DNA of 64,000 bases from Epithemia pelagica (taxonomy: Eukaryota > Protista > Bacillariophyta). Made by a program: the position numbers and the translations under genes. Positions 20,515 to 31,564 of this stretch are shown here, in pieces. The stretch is taken from assembly GCA_946965045.2 (NCBI GenBank), contig OX337229.1:992001-1056000 (forward strand), given 5' to 3'. The notes under the pieces are model-generated. The model was not told the origin of the DNA and did no database searches. It worked only from the letters and a program-made list of their open reading frames with translations. Positions within the stretch are counted from its first letter, which is position 1. Every line of letters starts with the position of its first letter.

Positions 20515-21798
20515 ATGAGTGATGATCGAACGTCTGAATTTCAGGCCTTGGCCCGGAGCCTCCCCGCATCAGACCTTCGTCGAGGAACTAACACGAGCGG
20601 TAGTCTTTTGAGCAACCACGTGGGCGGCGGAAGTGCCATGACTTCGTCTTCCTCCATCAAAGACGTCTCTTCAACAGCCGCCATGAGTGCTGGTGACAAG
20701 GGCGCCGCGGCCAAAAATAATCCAGCCTATGCCGAGTTGCGCAGTTTTCAATTAACAGCTGGAGGAATCAGCAAGGATATTGCCGGCACCAGTGCTTGGC
20801 TAACCGAATTGACAGAGTTAGTGAGGAACCAATCGTCAATTTTAACCGATCCGGCTGATACAGAACGTATCAATGAATTGGTTCTTCGAATCAAGGGCTC
20901 GATCGAGAATTTAAACAGTCGTTTGGATCAGGCAGCGCAAGTCATTGCACGACAAAAACGCCGATTGGGACAATCCAGTCAAGCGGGACAACAAGCGTCG
21001 AATTTAGTGGATGAACTCAAAACGGAATTTGCACAAGCGGCTTCGGGCTTCAAAAAGGTCTTGCAACAAAGAACGGATTCCATGAAAGAAACAGACTATT
21101 TACAACGACAGGTCTATGCCAGTGGACAACCAGGTGATCAAGAGGACGACAATCCAATCCCAAACATGTCCTTGGCACCCCCACCCGTGTTTGGAGACTC
21201 GTCGTCCTTCTCGAACAATGCCAACTACGCTGGCGGTCCAGCTGGTGGAGCGAGTTTTCCGACACTGGACTTGACAAGCGGTATGATGTCAACCGGCGAA
21301 GCGACTGGATCGGCCTTGCCACGACCTCATGGTATTTCCTACGGAGGCAACGGCATGACAACTCCCTCCTATCATACCAACACAACAAGTCAAGGGGGTT
21401 TGTTTTTCGACGAAGATGAGTCCAATCAAGGTGGCGGTGGTGGAATGCCCATGACACCGTTGGACATTCAACGCATGGAACAAGAATCTGGTTTGCAAAC
21501 ACAATTGATCCCCGATCAACAATACTTGCAAAACCGCGCCGAAGCCATGTCGGCGGTGGAAGCACACATTGTCGAATTGGGAACCGTCTATAATAAATTG
21601 GCAGGCATGGTAGCCGAGCATCGAGAAATGGTCCATCGAGTCGAAGACAATGTGGAGGATGCCAATACAAACATTTCTCTCAGTCTCAATGTCTTGACCG
21701 ACACCTTGACGTCCCTACGAACCAACAAGGGCTTGGCTCTACGCGTGCTGGCAGTCCTTGTGACCTTTATCATTATGTTTGTAGTCTTTTTTGCCTAA
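20515..21798 (+). CDS. STX5: Syntaxin-5 / Sed5 Qa-SNARE
   Basis: N-peptide DRTSEF, Habc region (RINELVLRIKGSI), SNARE motif YLQNRAEAMSAVEAHIVELGTVYNKLAGMVAEHREMVHRVEDNV and a C-terminal TM helix. Confidence 0.92.
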   Translation: MSDDRTSEFQALARSLPASDLRRGTNTSGSLLSNHVGGGSAMTSSSSIKDVSSTAAMSAGDKGAAAKNNPAYAELRSFQLTAGGISKDIAGTSAWLTELTELVRNQSSILTDPADTERINELVLRIKGSIENLNSRLDQAAQVIARQKRRLGQSSQAGQQASNLVDELKTEFAQAASGFKKVLQQRTDSMKETDYLQRQVYASGQPGDQEDDNPIPNMSLAPPPVFGDSSSFSNNANYAGGPAGGASFPTLDLTSGMMSTGEATGSALPRPHGISYGGNGMTTPSYHTNTTSQGGLFFDEDESNQGGGGGMPMTPLDIQRMEQESGLQTQLIPDQQYLQNRAEAMSAVEAHIVELGTVYNKLAGMVAEHREMVHRVEDNVEDANTNISLSLNVLTDTLTSLRTNKGLALRVLAVLVTFIIMFVVFFA

Positions 21799-23190
21799 AA
21801 CGGATAAGCACAAACATAGACACATTGCTCTACATCGATCAAGATAGAGTGTAACGTTCTGGCTCCACAGAAACCGCAAAAGCCAATGCTTTTGGGGGTA
21901 TAGTTGTTCGGAAAAAAGGCTCTAAAAATACTTACATAAAATGGAACTCTAGTTGGCAAAAGATTCTCCTGTCCGCGAGAGGGAAGGGTGTGCTAATAAA
22001 GGCTTCAGCAAGTTGGGGACGTCGTGTGCGAGGACGAAAGACAGCAACACAATAGCGGACGGATAGTGAGGCGGTAGAGGGGACTTCCGGCAAGTGATCA
22101 ATCCGCCGTGTTTCTGCCCAGCCTATGTTAAATCACCGATCCATCTCCCCGATCTTCTTTATCATCGAGCGAAGTTTGGTTCTCATCCCTCTCGTCGCCT
22201 GTATGGCTTAGAGCGGTAGAAAATTTCAAAAAACCAAGCAGATTGGAAGAGTCGGAAGGGATGCTGCGGAGTAAAAGTCTTTGGTGTGTTTCATTGCTTG
22301 CTTTTGTAAATGCCCCTGTTTCGGATGAAGATGCGTCGACACAAAAATATCTTCGATGATTGGTTGTAAACATATCAGTAGAAAAATGACTGGAGGTTGT
22401 CTGGTTTGGTCCCAACGCACAGAACAAGAGCAATGACGCATGTCCATTCTGCAGCAAAACCCATTCCAACTTGCACCATTCCTTGGAAAGTGTCGTGCTT
22501 CAAAGAAGCTGCACTAGAAAGAACACTTAAATCATCGACATGCCGTCTTGGTGCCGAAGCGCACAATCAAGCTCCGCGATGATATGAAATGGGAATGACT
22601 TGATGGTTCTGGTAGGTGGTTGCTTTAGGAGGAGGGTTCATTGGTTTGTCACGAGAATCCAACCCAAAACCGAGGCACAACTTGCTTGCTCATTCTTCGG
22701 TGAATGGCGTTCATCACCTTTGGATGCTACCAAGTCGCTTCTGTTGCGCAACTTTGTTTTGTGACCGTTGTCGATACTGAGCGCATTAATGCGAAGCGCA
22801 CTGTCACATTTTAGAAAAAGATTTGAGAGTCGCATTGTCAATTGTCAATGGCCAAGGGAGGAGAGATTGAGAGATTGTATCCGTATTTGTAATGTGTATG
22901 GGTGATGGAGTGAAAGATATCTTCGAAGCTCGCATCATATCGACACGAGCAACATCGAAGCTTGAAGATGTTATGGAAAGAAGCCATAGAATGGGTGAAG
23001 AATAGGCCCCTTCGGTTCTCAGAACGCCGGCCACCCCTCAAATTTAATTTTCCTTCGTCGAACATCGACGTGATCGTACATGGTTCGGGTATCATCAACT
23101 GCAACCATCTTCTCTACCAGAGAACATTTCCACATCTCACTTCGAGAGATTGATAATTGATAAGGCGAGATCAGAGACACCCGTGCTAAC

Positions 23191-25403
23191 TGCTAACCGC
23201 CGATTGTAACTCGTAACCTAAGTGGTAGAAAATGGAGACAAGAGAGTTGGTAGGAGTAGTTAAACTCGTCACGGTTGCTCTAACCGGCAGTGCATCCGAA
23301 GGAGAGTGGGTGTGGGTAGTGGGTGGGCAGAAAAGTTATATGCAGAGAAAGCATATTGTGTTTTGTCGAGAGGACTTGACAAGCTGTACTGATACATCAG
23401 GTTAGAGTTTGCCTTCTAACTCCGCTCATGTATCCACAACGTCAAAAAGTGTCACACACGGTTTAGCCATTGCTTCCGCTTTGCTTATTCGTCCCACATC
23501 CCCACTCAACGTCCATACTCCACCCCTTCTTCCAAGTGTCACTATCGCCATGTTTCTCTCAGCTTCTTGAAATAGGGAATATGGTCCAAACCTTTGGACG
23601 TATTTGCTTCCCGTTTCAATCGATCGGAAAAGATGCCAATTTCTTCGTGACAGTCGTCTGCATAAAGAACGTTGTAAAAGCCTTTAGCCGAGTTGTGCAC
23701 CGCACTTATTTCGCCCCACATCCATTCACCATATCCTTGAAAATTAGCTTTTACAACTTCGCCCAACCTGAAAATTTCATGTGTCTCGTTCATGTGGACA
23801 TCGTACACTACGGGAGTTGCACCAGGCAAAGGATCGAGTTTCCCAACATCCTTTAGAAGACGCACTGCCTCGGCATGTCCAACTGATTTGACAAAGCCTT
23901 TCAGCCAAGGCCGGGCCTGGTCCGTCTCTCGGGTACCAACCTTTTCATTCATATCCTCATAGAGCGCCAAGCGATATCCAGTTCCTGGAAAAATATCACC
24001 CAAAAGTACGCGGAAAGGGTGAGTCGGTGAACATCACATGACCACAAGGCTATCGGTGCAACAAAAGATTTCAGTGTCCATAGCAATGTTTTTTTCAGCC
24101 AAGGCACGTACCTCGACTGTCCCGTTTCCGATACAACCACTGATCAATGGTCGCCATGTAGTGATGTGTCATGACAGGAGTTTGATGGACTTCCAAGTAG
24201 ATGTCGCTGGGACACATTTTTAGTGGTATGTGAGGATTGCCTGAATTGTCGGGATTGTCGGTAATATCTGCCAATCGCAGTCGACCAAGATCCACCAAGA
24301 CTTTGTTGGGCAACCAGCGACGTCGCGTACAGTTCACTCCCCATTTCGTCAGATAGGGCATTTCATTGTAGCCGTACTTGCGCCAGCGCAAAGTTTGAAA
24401 AGAATGGGCATCAAAGCCAGAAGGTACCATCCGTTGGACTTGCATGTCCGTGCTTTCGCGAGCGGAGAATGGCTGCCGAAAGACAGGGATACACGGACTA
24501 TCAAGTTCGGCAAATTGCGGGTGGGGAATGACAAGTCGGTTCAAAAGCTCGAGAGTACTGCCGGGAGTCTCCACGGATGAAAACGACCGATTGTCGAGTT
24601 TATGAAGCGCCTTGAAAGAAGGCATCAGATATTCGTCCGTGTCAATCATTAAGGTCCAACCACGGTTAGCCTTTTTGAGAGTTTTGAGGCAAGCCACGTT
24701 AAAATGGGCCTGTCGAAACCGGTGAAGCTCCAAGATCTCCCTGCCAGGTGCGCTGCCTCTCATAACGTCCTCCTTCCAGTCTAGAGGCAAGAAGTCTTCG
24801 TCCCACCATTCTTCAATTATCATTCTGTCTCGCCATCGATCCAGTACGTGCGTAGGTTGTGTCAAACTGTTGGGGTCAACGGCAACAATGACATGGGTCA
24901 AGTTGAGCGTGTGATAATGAAATGCCAGCCATTCTGCTCGTGGTAATTGTAATGATGATTTTTGGGTCAGTAGTGACCATCAAAATTATACAAAACGAGG
25001 GGGGTGAGGTAGGGCAGTCTTTCGAAAACAGGTGCGTGAAGGCAACCACTCACAACTCACACGTACCCTTCAATAAGTGATTGTCGTCCATAACACAGAG
25101 ACAAGCGGCCGCTCCCATTGTACTGGAATCTGTTGTACCCAATGTGTGAAACGACTGCACAATGTCTTCTGCTTTGTAAGTTCCCTGCGGATGAATGGCC
25201 TGTCGACTGTTGAACGGCATAACATGATTCATCGGATCCAACTCTATGAAAAAGCTGATCCACATGCATGAGACTGCAGCGCAGACCGACATTGCCCCAA
25301 AGGTAGCTGCCAAAAAGTCCCATCGCCGAATTCTAAAGATCCTTTTCATAGTACTGGTGTTGGGCATTCTATGTTTAACCGCCATGCTCACAAGGGATTC
25401 ATG
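23191..25403. repeat. Segmental direct repeat, copy A (~2.2 kb)
   Basis: Aligns by eye with 28981-31148 across the 3' flank, exons and introns. Boundaries are approximate. Confidence 0.9.
23542..25385 (-). CDS. GT-A fold glycosyltransferase (GT92/GT2-like) with N-terminal anchor and C-terminal Tudor/SH3-like domain, copy A
   Basis: Exons 25385-25067, 24933-24112 and 23984-23542 (1,584 nt, GT-AG introns, 527 aa). The spliced sequence reads AACLCVMDDNHLLK/EWLAFHYHTL..VAVDP and has a DxD motif in WTLMIDTDEY. Confidence 0.82.
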
Positions 25404-26295
25404 AGAGACTGTGATTGTTGAAACCAGTTGACCTAGCGTGCTGTACAGGCAACAAAAGGAACCAAAGAAAAGATTTAAAAAAAAAGGAAAAAATGAGAGT
25501 TTTGGTGTTGTTCTGCTCTCCTGGCTCCTGGGATGACCGCGCCCATAGCAATTCGTCTGAGATCATTCGGGTGAGCCTCAAGCCGGGTCTGGGGTTGGAA
25601 ATTCCTGAATGAACAGCTGTACGAAAAACGCAAGGAGAGTGAAGTAAAAAGTACAATTAAATTAAATTGCAACGAATACTCGTATTTTAAAATGGTGAGT
25701 CACGAGCTACGGTATGATTTGGAGGTGCACCGCGGCTCACCCTTGACGTATCCATTATTAATACTATAGATCTATGACCACTACGAGCACTTTTTGTGTC
25801 GAAGCCTGTAATTTGTAATTTGTAATTTGACGTTGAATGACGTTCCGACCTCCAATCGCCAAGTTTCCCCATCGAATACACCATGAGGAACAGTCGACCA
25901 CCGCAACAGCAAACAAGGAAAAGAGGTAGTAGTACCAAAGGGGAACTGGACATGGTAGGGAAACGTCCCAGGGAAGAGGACGGCGATACAACGATTGCCA
26001 TCCCCGTGCCGCCACAAGAGTGGTTGCCTCGTCCCAAGGATCCTCACAATCGTCCACCCAGTCTTGTCATTATCAACATCAACAGTATTGTCAGTGGGGC
26101 AACGCAAAAACAGAGTAGGGAATTCCTCTGGTACAAAAGAGGAAAGCTCCTCTCGACCCAGCAGCCGAGGCCATCGCAAACCAACCGCCACCACGAACCC
26201 CGCCAAACCCAAACCGACTGTGGATGATATTGGCCAATCACACGACAAAACCCACTCCACCATGATCCTCCAAGCCAAAACCACGACAACCTCTA

Positions 26296-27523
26296 TTGGA
26301 CTATGACGAAGACTATGAGGATCAACTGTTGGCGTCCGAAAAGGTCTTTTGTCCACGACTCTTCGTGGCATCCACCGTCCACGACAACGACAAGAACAAC
26401 AACAAGGACGTCAAGATTCCGACCGACACCACAAAACAGGACGACCATAAAATCCCATCGTCTAGGGACGAAACATCTCTCATGTTGTCGTCACTTTCCA
26501 AGAAAAAGAAGAAGAAGAAGAAGATTGCATTGCAATTCCATCACAACAGTAAGGATCCTGACACTGCCGACGATCAAACCACTACCACCGATTCAGTTTC
26601 TACCAGAAAAACAACCACAACAACAACAATGGCCTCTGGAACATGGTGTGTTGGATCGGATCAATGGCTCCTGGTCGTTGTCATTGTCATCACACGGTAG
26701 AGATGAATGTTCGACCACCGCAACCGAGAGGGGCAGTTTGGCAGTGCCAACCAGTTCCCAAAGCCCACGTCGTCGTCGTCGTCGTCGTCGTCGTCGAAAA
26801 GGGCCACAAGAGGAACAGCAAGAATCCGAACGCCCTCCACAACAACAACAATACGATTGCGACACGGCTTCTACGAGTGCCTCCTTGACGTTGTCGTCCT
26901 CACCTCATGATGGCGATCCAAGTTGTGGTAGTAGCGTCACGGACAGTGGTCGATGGGGCATGGCACCTTTGTACTGGGACGCACCAAAAGTGCTCGACTC
27001 AAACTGCGACAACAACAAGAAGAACAGCTGCAGCAGCGGAAACCAAACAAAGCAGGTCCACAGCACCAGGAGGATGATACGAATGGCGTTCCCCACTAGT
27101 CACGGAGAAAGACAGGGTTGTGGACTGCCTTGTGTGACAATGACCCACGTTGGAATGCTACAACCAATGAATCGAGCAGCAGCAGTCCCGTTCCATCCTA
27201 TTCGTCCCTTTCCTACACCTCCTCGTACACGACATCTCATAGTAGACGAACGACACGACGGCGCTATGTCAATGCCCCCACCACACTCCACGACGACAAC
27301 GAGACGGTTGCGATCAAAACATCCAGGACCCGTGGAGGAACCACTGGCCGACAACAACGAGAGCATGGCCGAGTCGCCCACAACCAGACGCAAGCTAGCC
27401 AAACGAGTAGAATACCAGCGCCAACAGCACCCAACGCAACAATCCACTCCTAGTCTCGGCCGAACGACAACAACACCCAACGCAACCCAAACGCAACAAT
27501 CAAAAGCTGACAACAAGAGATGA
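26296..27523 (+). pseudogene. Low-complexity, probably frameshifted or decaying hypothetical gene
   Basis: Overlapping ORFs 26296-26700 and 26303-27523 switch protein-like quality near the ACA repeat at ~26610-26630. Contains poly-K, poly-R and poly-T tracts and no recognisable domain. Confidence 0.3.
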
Positions 27524-27673
27524 GGATGGAGGAACGACAGACCCATGGACCAACCAACGCAGCAATCAACATCTTTGACGAGCAGCGACAACCACAACAA
27601 GCAACGACAAGGAAGAGCAACAAGACCAAGAGAAATGACTATACGAGTACGACGATGCACAAACAAGCTACTA

Positions 27674-28106
27674 CCGTAATTTGCGGATTCCTGTCCCCCC
27701 GGAATGTACAAAAATTAAGAGGAGGGGGACAGGACTACGCAATTTCGGATAATTTTTCTTAAGATTCCATTCACACACTACAATTAATTTCTTAGTATAT
27801 TAATTTTCAACCTCGGGGTTGTAGTGAACGTTTGGTCGCACAATTCCAGTCAGGGGAAAGACCGTGCTTCAATGCGTAGCCTTAACCCTAGTCGTAATAC
27901 CCATCATGCTTTATCTCTTCTTTCTCCTCTTTTATTCACTCCCATGTAATGTCAGGCAGAGCGATCGAAAGCTCGGAACGTGAGGAATGTGGGGGTAACC
28001 CATAAGCCCAGAAAGAACCTACAGATAAAAAGTTAGGGGGCCATGTACGTTTAAGGGGAGTGGGGGGGACAGGACTATAGGGGGGACAGGAATCCGCAAA
28101 TTACGG
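27674..28106. mobile_element. Non-autonomous MITE, Tc1/mariner (pogo-like) type, 433 bp
   Basis: Perfect 27-bp TIRs CCGTAATTTGCGGATTCCTGTCCCCCC (27674-27700 and 28080-28106). TA flanks both ends (27672-27673, 28107-28108). Extra internal GGGGGACAGGA motifs; no ORF. Confidence 0.9.
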
Positions 28107-28980
28107 TAGTCTAGACTTCCTACTGTGAAAGCGAGCAGCGCACATGGAAACCAATCCCCCGCCACGATAACCTCGACCGACGATCCTCCCACAGCAGCAG
28201 CACCATAGTATCCGTTTTTGCATACAATTCCAGCAGCAGGCTTGGCCGAGGCTGGGTCACAGGTGGTAACGGAGCCATTGGATTTGATTCGAATTTGCGA
28301 TCAAATTGCTCCACCAGGTGGAGAAGAGACGTAGGATAGGATTTATTCGACGTATCAAAGGGTCTGGGAGGCTCGCTGCTGCAGCCAGAATGAAAATAAT
28401 ATGAACGAAAGCAAAATGGAGAAGGAAAGCAACAATCAACTACGGTCAATAGGATGAGAAAAACATGCAACAATCAAACCAGTTCCCTTTCTGATTCCAC
28501 TTTCCCGTCGCGTTCAAAATTCTTCCTCTCTCGAACGCATGTGGCACAACATCAGCAAACCAGTCCTGGTCTGGATGTATATCCTGGGTAATTTTTGGAT
28601 CCGAGTGGCGATGACGCTCATCATGTTCGTCAAAAGAGTGATTGTCTCCAATCCAGTTCCTGTTCCATCCTCGTTGTCAGTTAGTGAACAACAACACGGG
28701 TTTATGAAATGAATGTCTCTTACTTAAAAAAAAACCGTTGGAAGCAGACAAATGCACCGGAATGTCTGCTTAGTGATAAGAGTTTCATGTTCATTTCAGG
28801 CCCCCCAGGAATCCACCAGAAACACGTCTTTAATTCACTCGTACTCCTTAATAATTAATAATAGACCTATGGCCGCTACCCATCATGTAGAGAAACCTTC
28901 TGCTCACTGTGGAATACGGATACTGAACTCAGCCGTCCTATACCGCCTTGGCGGTTTCAATATTGGAAAATGGAATGTCG

Positions 28981-31148
28981 TGCTAACCGCCTAACCTACT
29001 ACTGGTAGAAAATGAAAACAAGAATAGTTCAACTCGTCACGGTTGCTCCCGAAGGAGAGTGGGCAGTCAGAAAAGCTATATGCAGAGAAAGCATATTGTG
29101 TTTTGTCGAGAGGACTTGACACGCTGTACTGATACATCAGGAGTTAGAGTTTGCCTTCTCACTCCGCTCTTGTGTCCACAACGTCAAAAGTGTCACGCAA
29201 GGTTTAGCCATTGCTTCAGCTTTGCTTATTCGTTCCACATCCCCACTCAATGTCCATCCACCCCGTCTTCCAAGTGTCATCATCGCCATGTTTCTCTCAG
29301 CTTCTTGAAATAGGGAATATGGTCCAAACCTTTGGAAGTATTTGCTTCCCGTTTCAATCGATCGGAAAAGATGCCAATTTCTTCGTGACAGTCGTCTGCA
29401 TAAAGAACGTTGTAAAAGCCTTTAGCCGAGTTGTGCACCGCACTTATTTCGCCCCACATCCAGTCACCATATCCTTGAAAATTAGCTTTTACAACTTCGC
29501 CCAACCTGAAAATTTCATGTGTCTCGTTCATGTGGACATCGTACACTACGGGAGTTGCACCAGGCAAAGGATCGAGTTTCCCAACATCCTTTAGAAGACG
29601 CACTGCCTCGGCATGTCCAACTGATTTGACAAAGCCTTTCAGCCAAGGCCGGGCCTGGTCCGTCTCTCGGGTACCAACCTTTTCATTCATATCCTCATAT
29701 AGCGCCAAGCGATATCCAGTTCCTGGAAAAATATCACCCAAAAGTACGCGGAAAGGGTGAGTCGGTGAACATCACATGACCACAAGGCTATTGGTGCAAC
29801 AAAACTTCAGTGTGCATAGCAATGTTTTTTTGTTTTTTTCAGCCAATGGACGTACCTCGACTGTCCCGTTGCCGATATAACCACTGATCGATGGTCGCCA
29901 TGTAGTGATGTGCCATGACAGGAGTTTGATGGACTTCCAAGTAGATGTCGCTGGGACACATTTTTAGCGGTATGTGAGGATTGCCTGAATTGTCGGGATT
30001 GTCGGTAATATCTGCCAATCGCAGTCGACCAAGATCCACCAAGACTTTGTTGGGCAACCAGCGACGTCGCGTACAGTTCACTCCCCATTTCGTCAGATAG
30101 GGCATTTCATTGTAGCCGTACTTGCGCCAGCGCAAAGTTTGAAAAGAATGGGCATCAAAGCCAGAAGGTACCATCCGTCGGATATGCTTGTCCGTGCTTT
30201 CGCGAGCGGAGAATTGCTGCCGAAAGACAGGGATACACGGACTATCAAGTTCGGCAAATTGCGGGTGGGGAATGACAAGTCGGTTCAAAAGCTCGAGAGT
30301 ACTGCCGGGAGTCTCCACGGATGAAAACGACCGATTGTCGAGTTTATGAAGCGCCTTGAAAGAAGGCACCAGATACTCGTCTGTGTCGATCATTAAGGTC
30401 CAACCACGGTTAGCCTTTTTGAGAGTTTTGAGGCAAGCCACGTTAAAATGGGCCTGTCGAAACCGGTGGCGCTCCAAGATCTCCCTACCAGGTGGGCTGT
30501 CTTTCATGACGCCCTCCTGCCAGTCTGAAGGCAAAAAGTCTTCGTCCCGCCATTCTTCAATTATCATTCTGTCTCGCCATCGATCCAGTACGTGCGTAGG
30601 TTGTGTCAAACTATCGGGGTCAACGGCAACAATGACATGGGTCAAGTTGAGCGTGTGATAATGAAATGCCAGCCATTCTGCTCGTGGTAATTGTAATGAT
30701 GATTTTTGGGTCAGTAGAGACCATCAAAATTATACAAGACGAGGAAGGTGAGGTAGGGCAGTCTTTCGAAAACAGGTGCGTGAAGTCAACTACTCACAAC
30801 TCACACGTACCCTTCAACAAGTGATTGTCGTCCATAACACAGAGACAGGCGGCCGCTCCCAATGTATTGGAATGTGATGTATCAGATGTCTGAGACGACT
30901 GCACGATGTCTTCTGCTGTGTAAGTTCCCTGCGGATGCATGGCCTGTCGAATGTTGAACGGCATAGCGTGATTCATCGGATCCAACTCTATGAAAAAGCT
31001 GATCCACATGCATGAGACTGCAGCGCAGACCGACATTGCCCCAAAGGTAGCTGCCAAAAAGTCCCGTCGCCGCATTCGAAAGATCCTTTTCATAGTACTG
31101 GTGTTGGGCATTCTATGTTTAACCGCCATGCTCACAAGGGATTCATGA
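28981..31148. repeat. Segmental direct repeat, copy B (~2.2 kb)
   Basis: Paralog of 23191-25403 with scattered substitutions and small indels in the flank and introns. Confidence 0.9.
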
Positions 31149-31153
31149 TTCAT
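29280..31153 (-). CDS. GT-A fold glycosyltransferase with C-terminal Tudor/SH3-like domain, copy B
   Basis: Exons 31129 (or 31153)-30811, 30677-29856 and 29722-29280. Intron phases are identical to copy A and the frame is intact. Confidence 0.82.
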
Positions 31154-31564
31154 GCGAGACGGTGATGGAGAAGGGAGAATGGATCAGCTCCGGCTAAAAA
31201 ATGAGGGCTCGGTAAGCGTTGCGCACCGGCTCAGGCTCAACCGTCCGATGTACAGTAATAAATACGTAGGGCATATATCTTCATTATTTTCTAGTGTACC
31301 GGCATAAGCGTGAGAATTGAGAATGGAAGCATCTTTCCATTCCCATATACGAGTAGGGTTAGAATTAGTGGGAGCAGTGGGATACAATAGAGTTGGGAGT
31401 CGGAAATTGAAAACCATAACCATGGGGGTTGCCTATTTCGAAAGAACTCTGTGCCAGTGTTGTTCTATCTGATTCACTATTCTTTACATCATATGCTGCA
31501 CTTCTATCCCATATTCCCAAGTGCTTCCCCATGAGTTTCGAGTTCTAGCGTCCCTTTTGCGTCT

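Noticed and set aside
21950-23150. Scattered 60-110 aa ORFs in several minus-strand frames
   Set aside because: Could not be joined by GT-AG splicing into a coherent protein; possibly a decayed gene, but unsupported.
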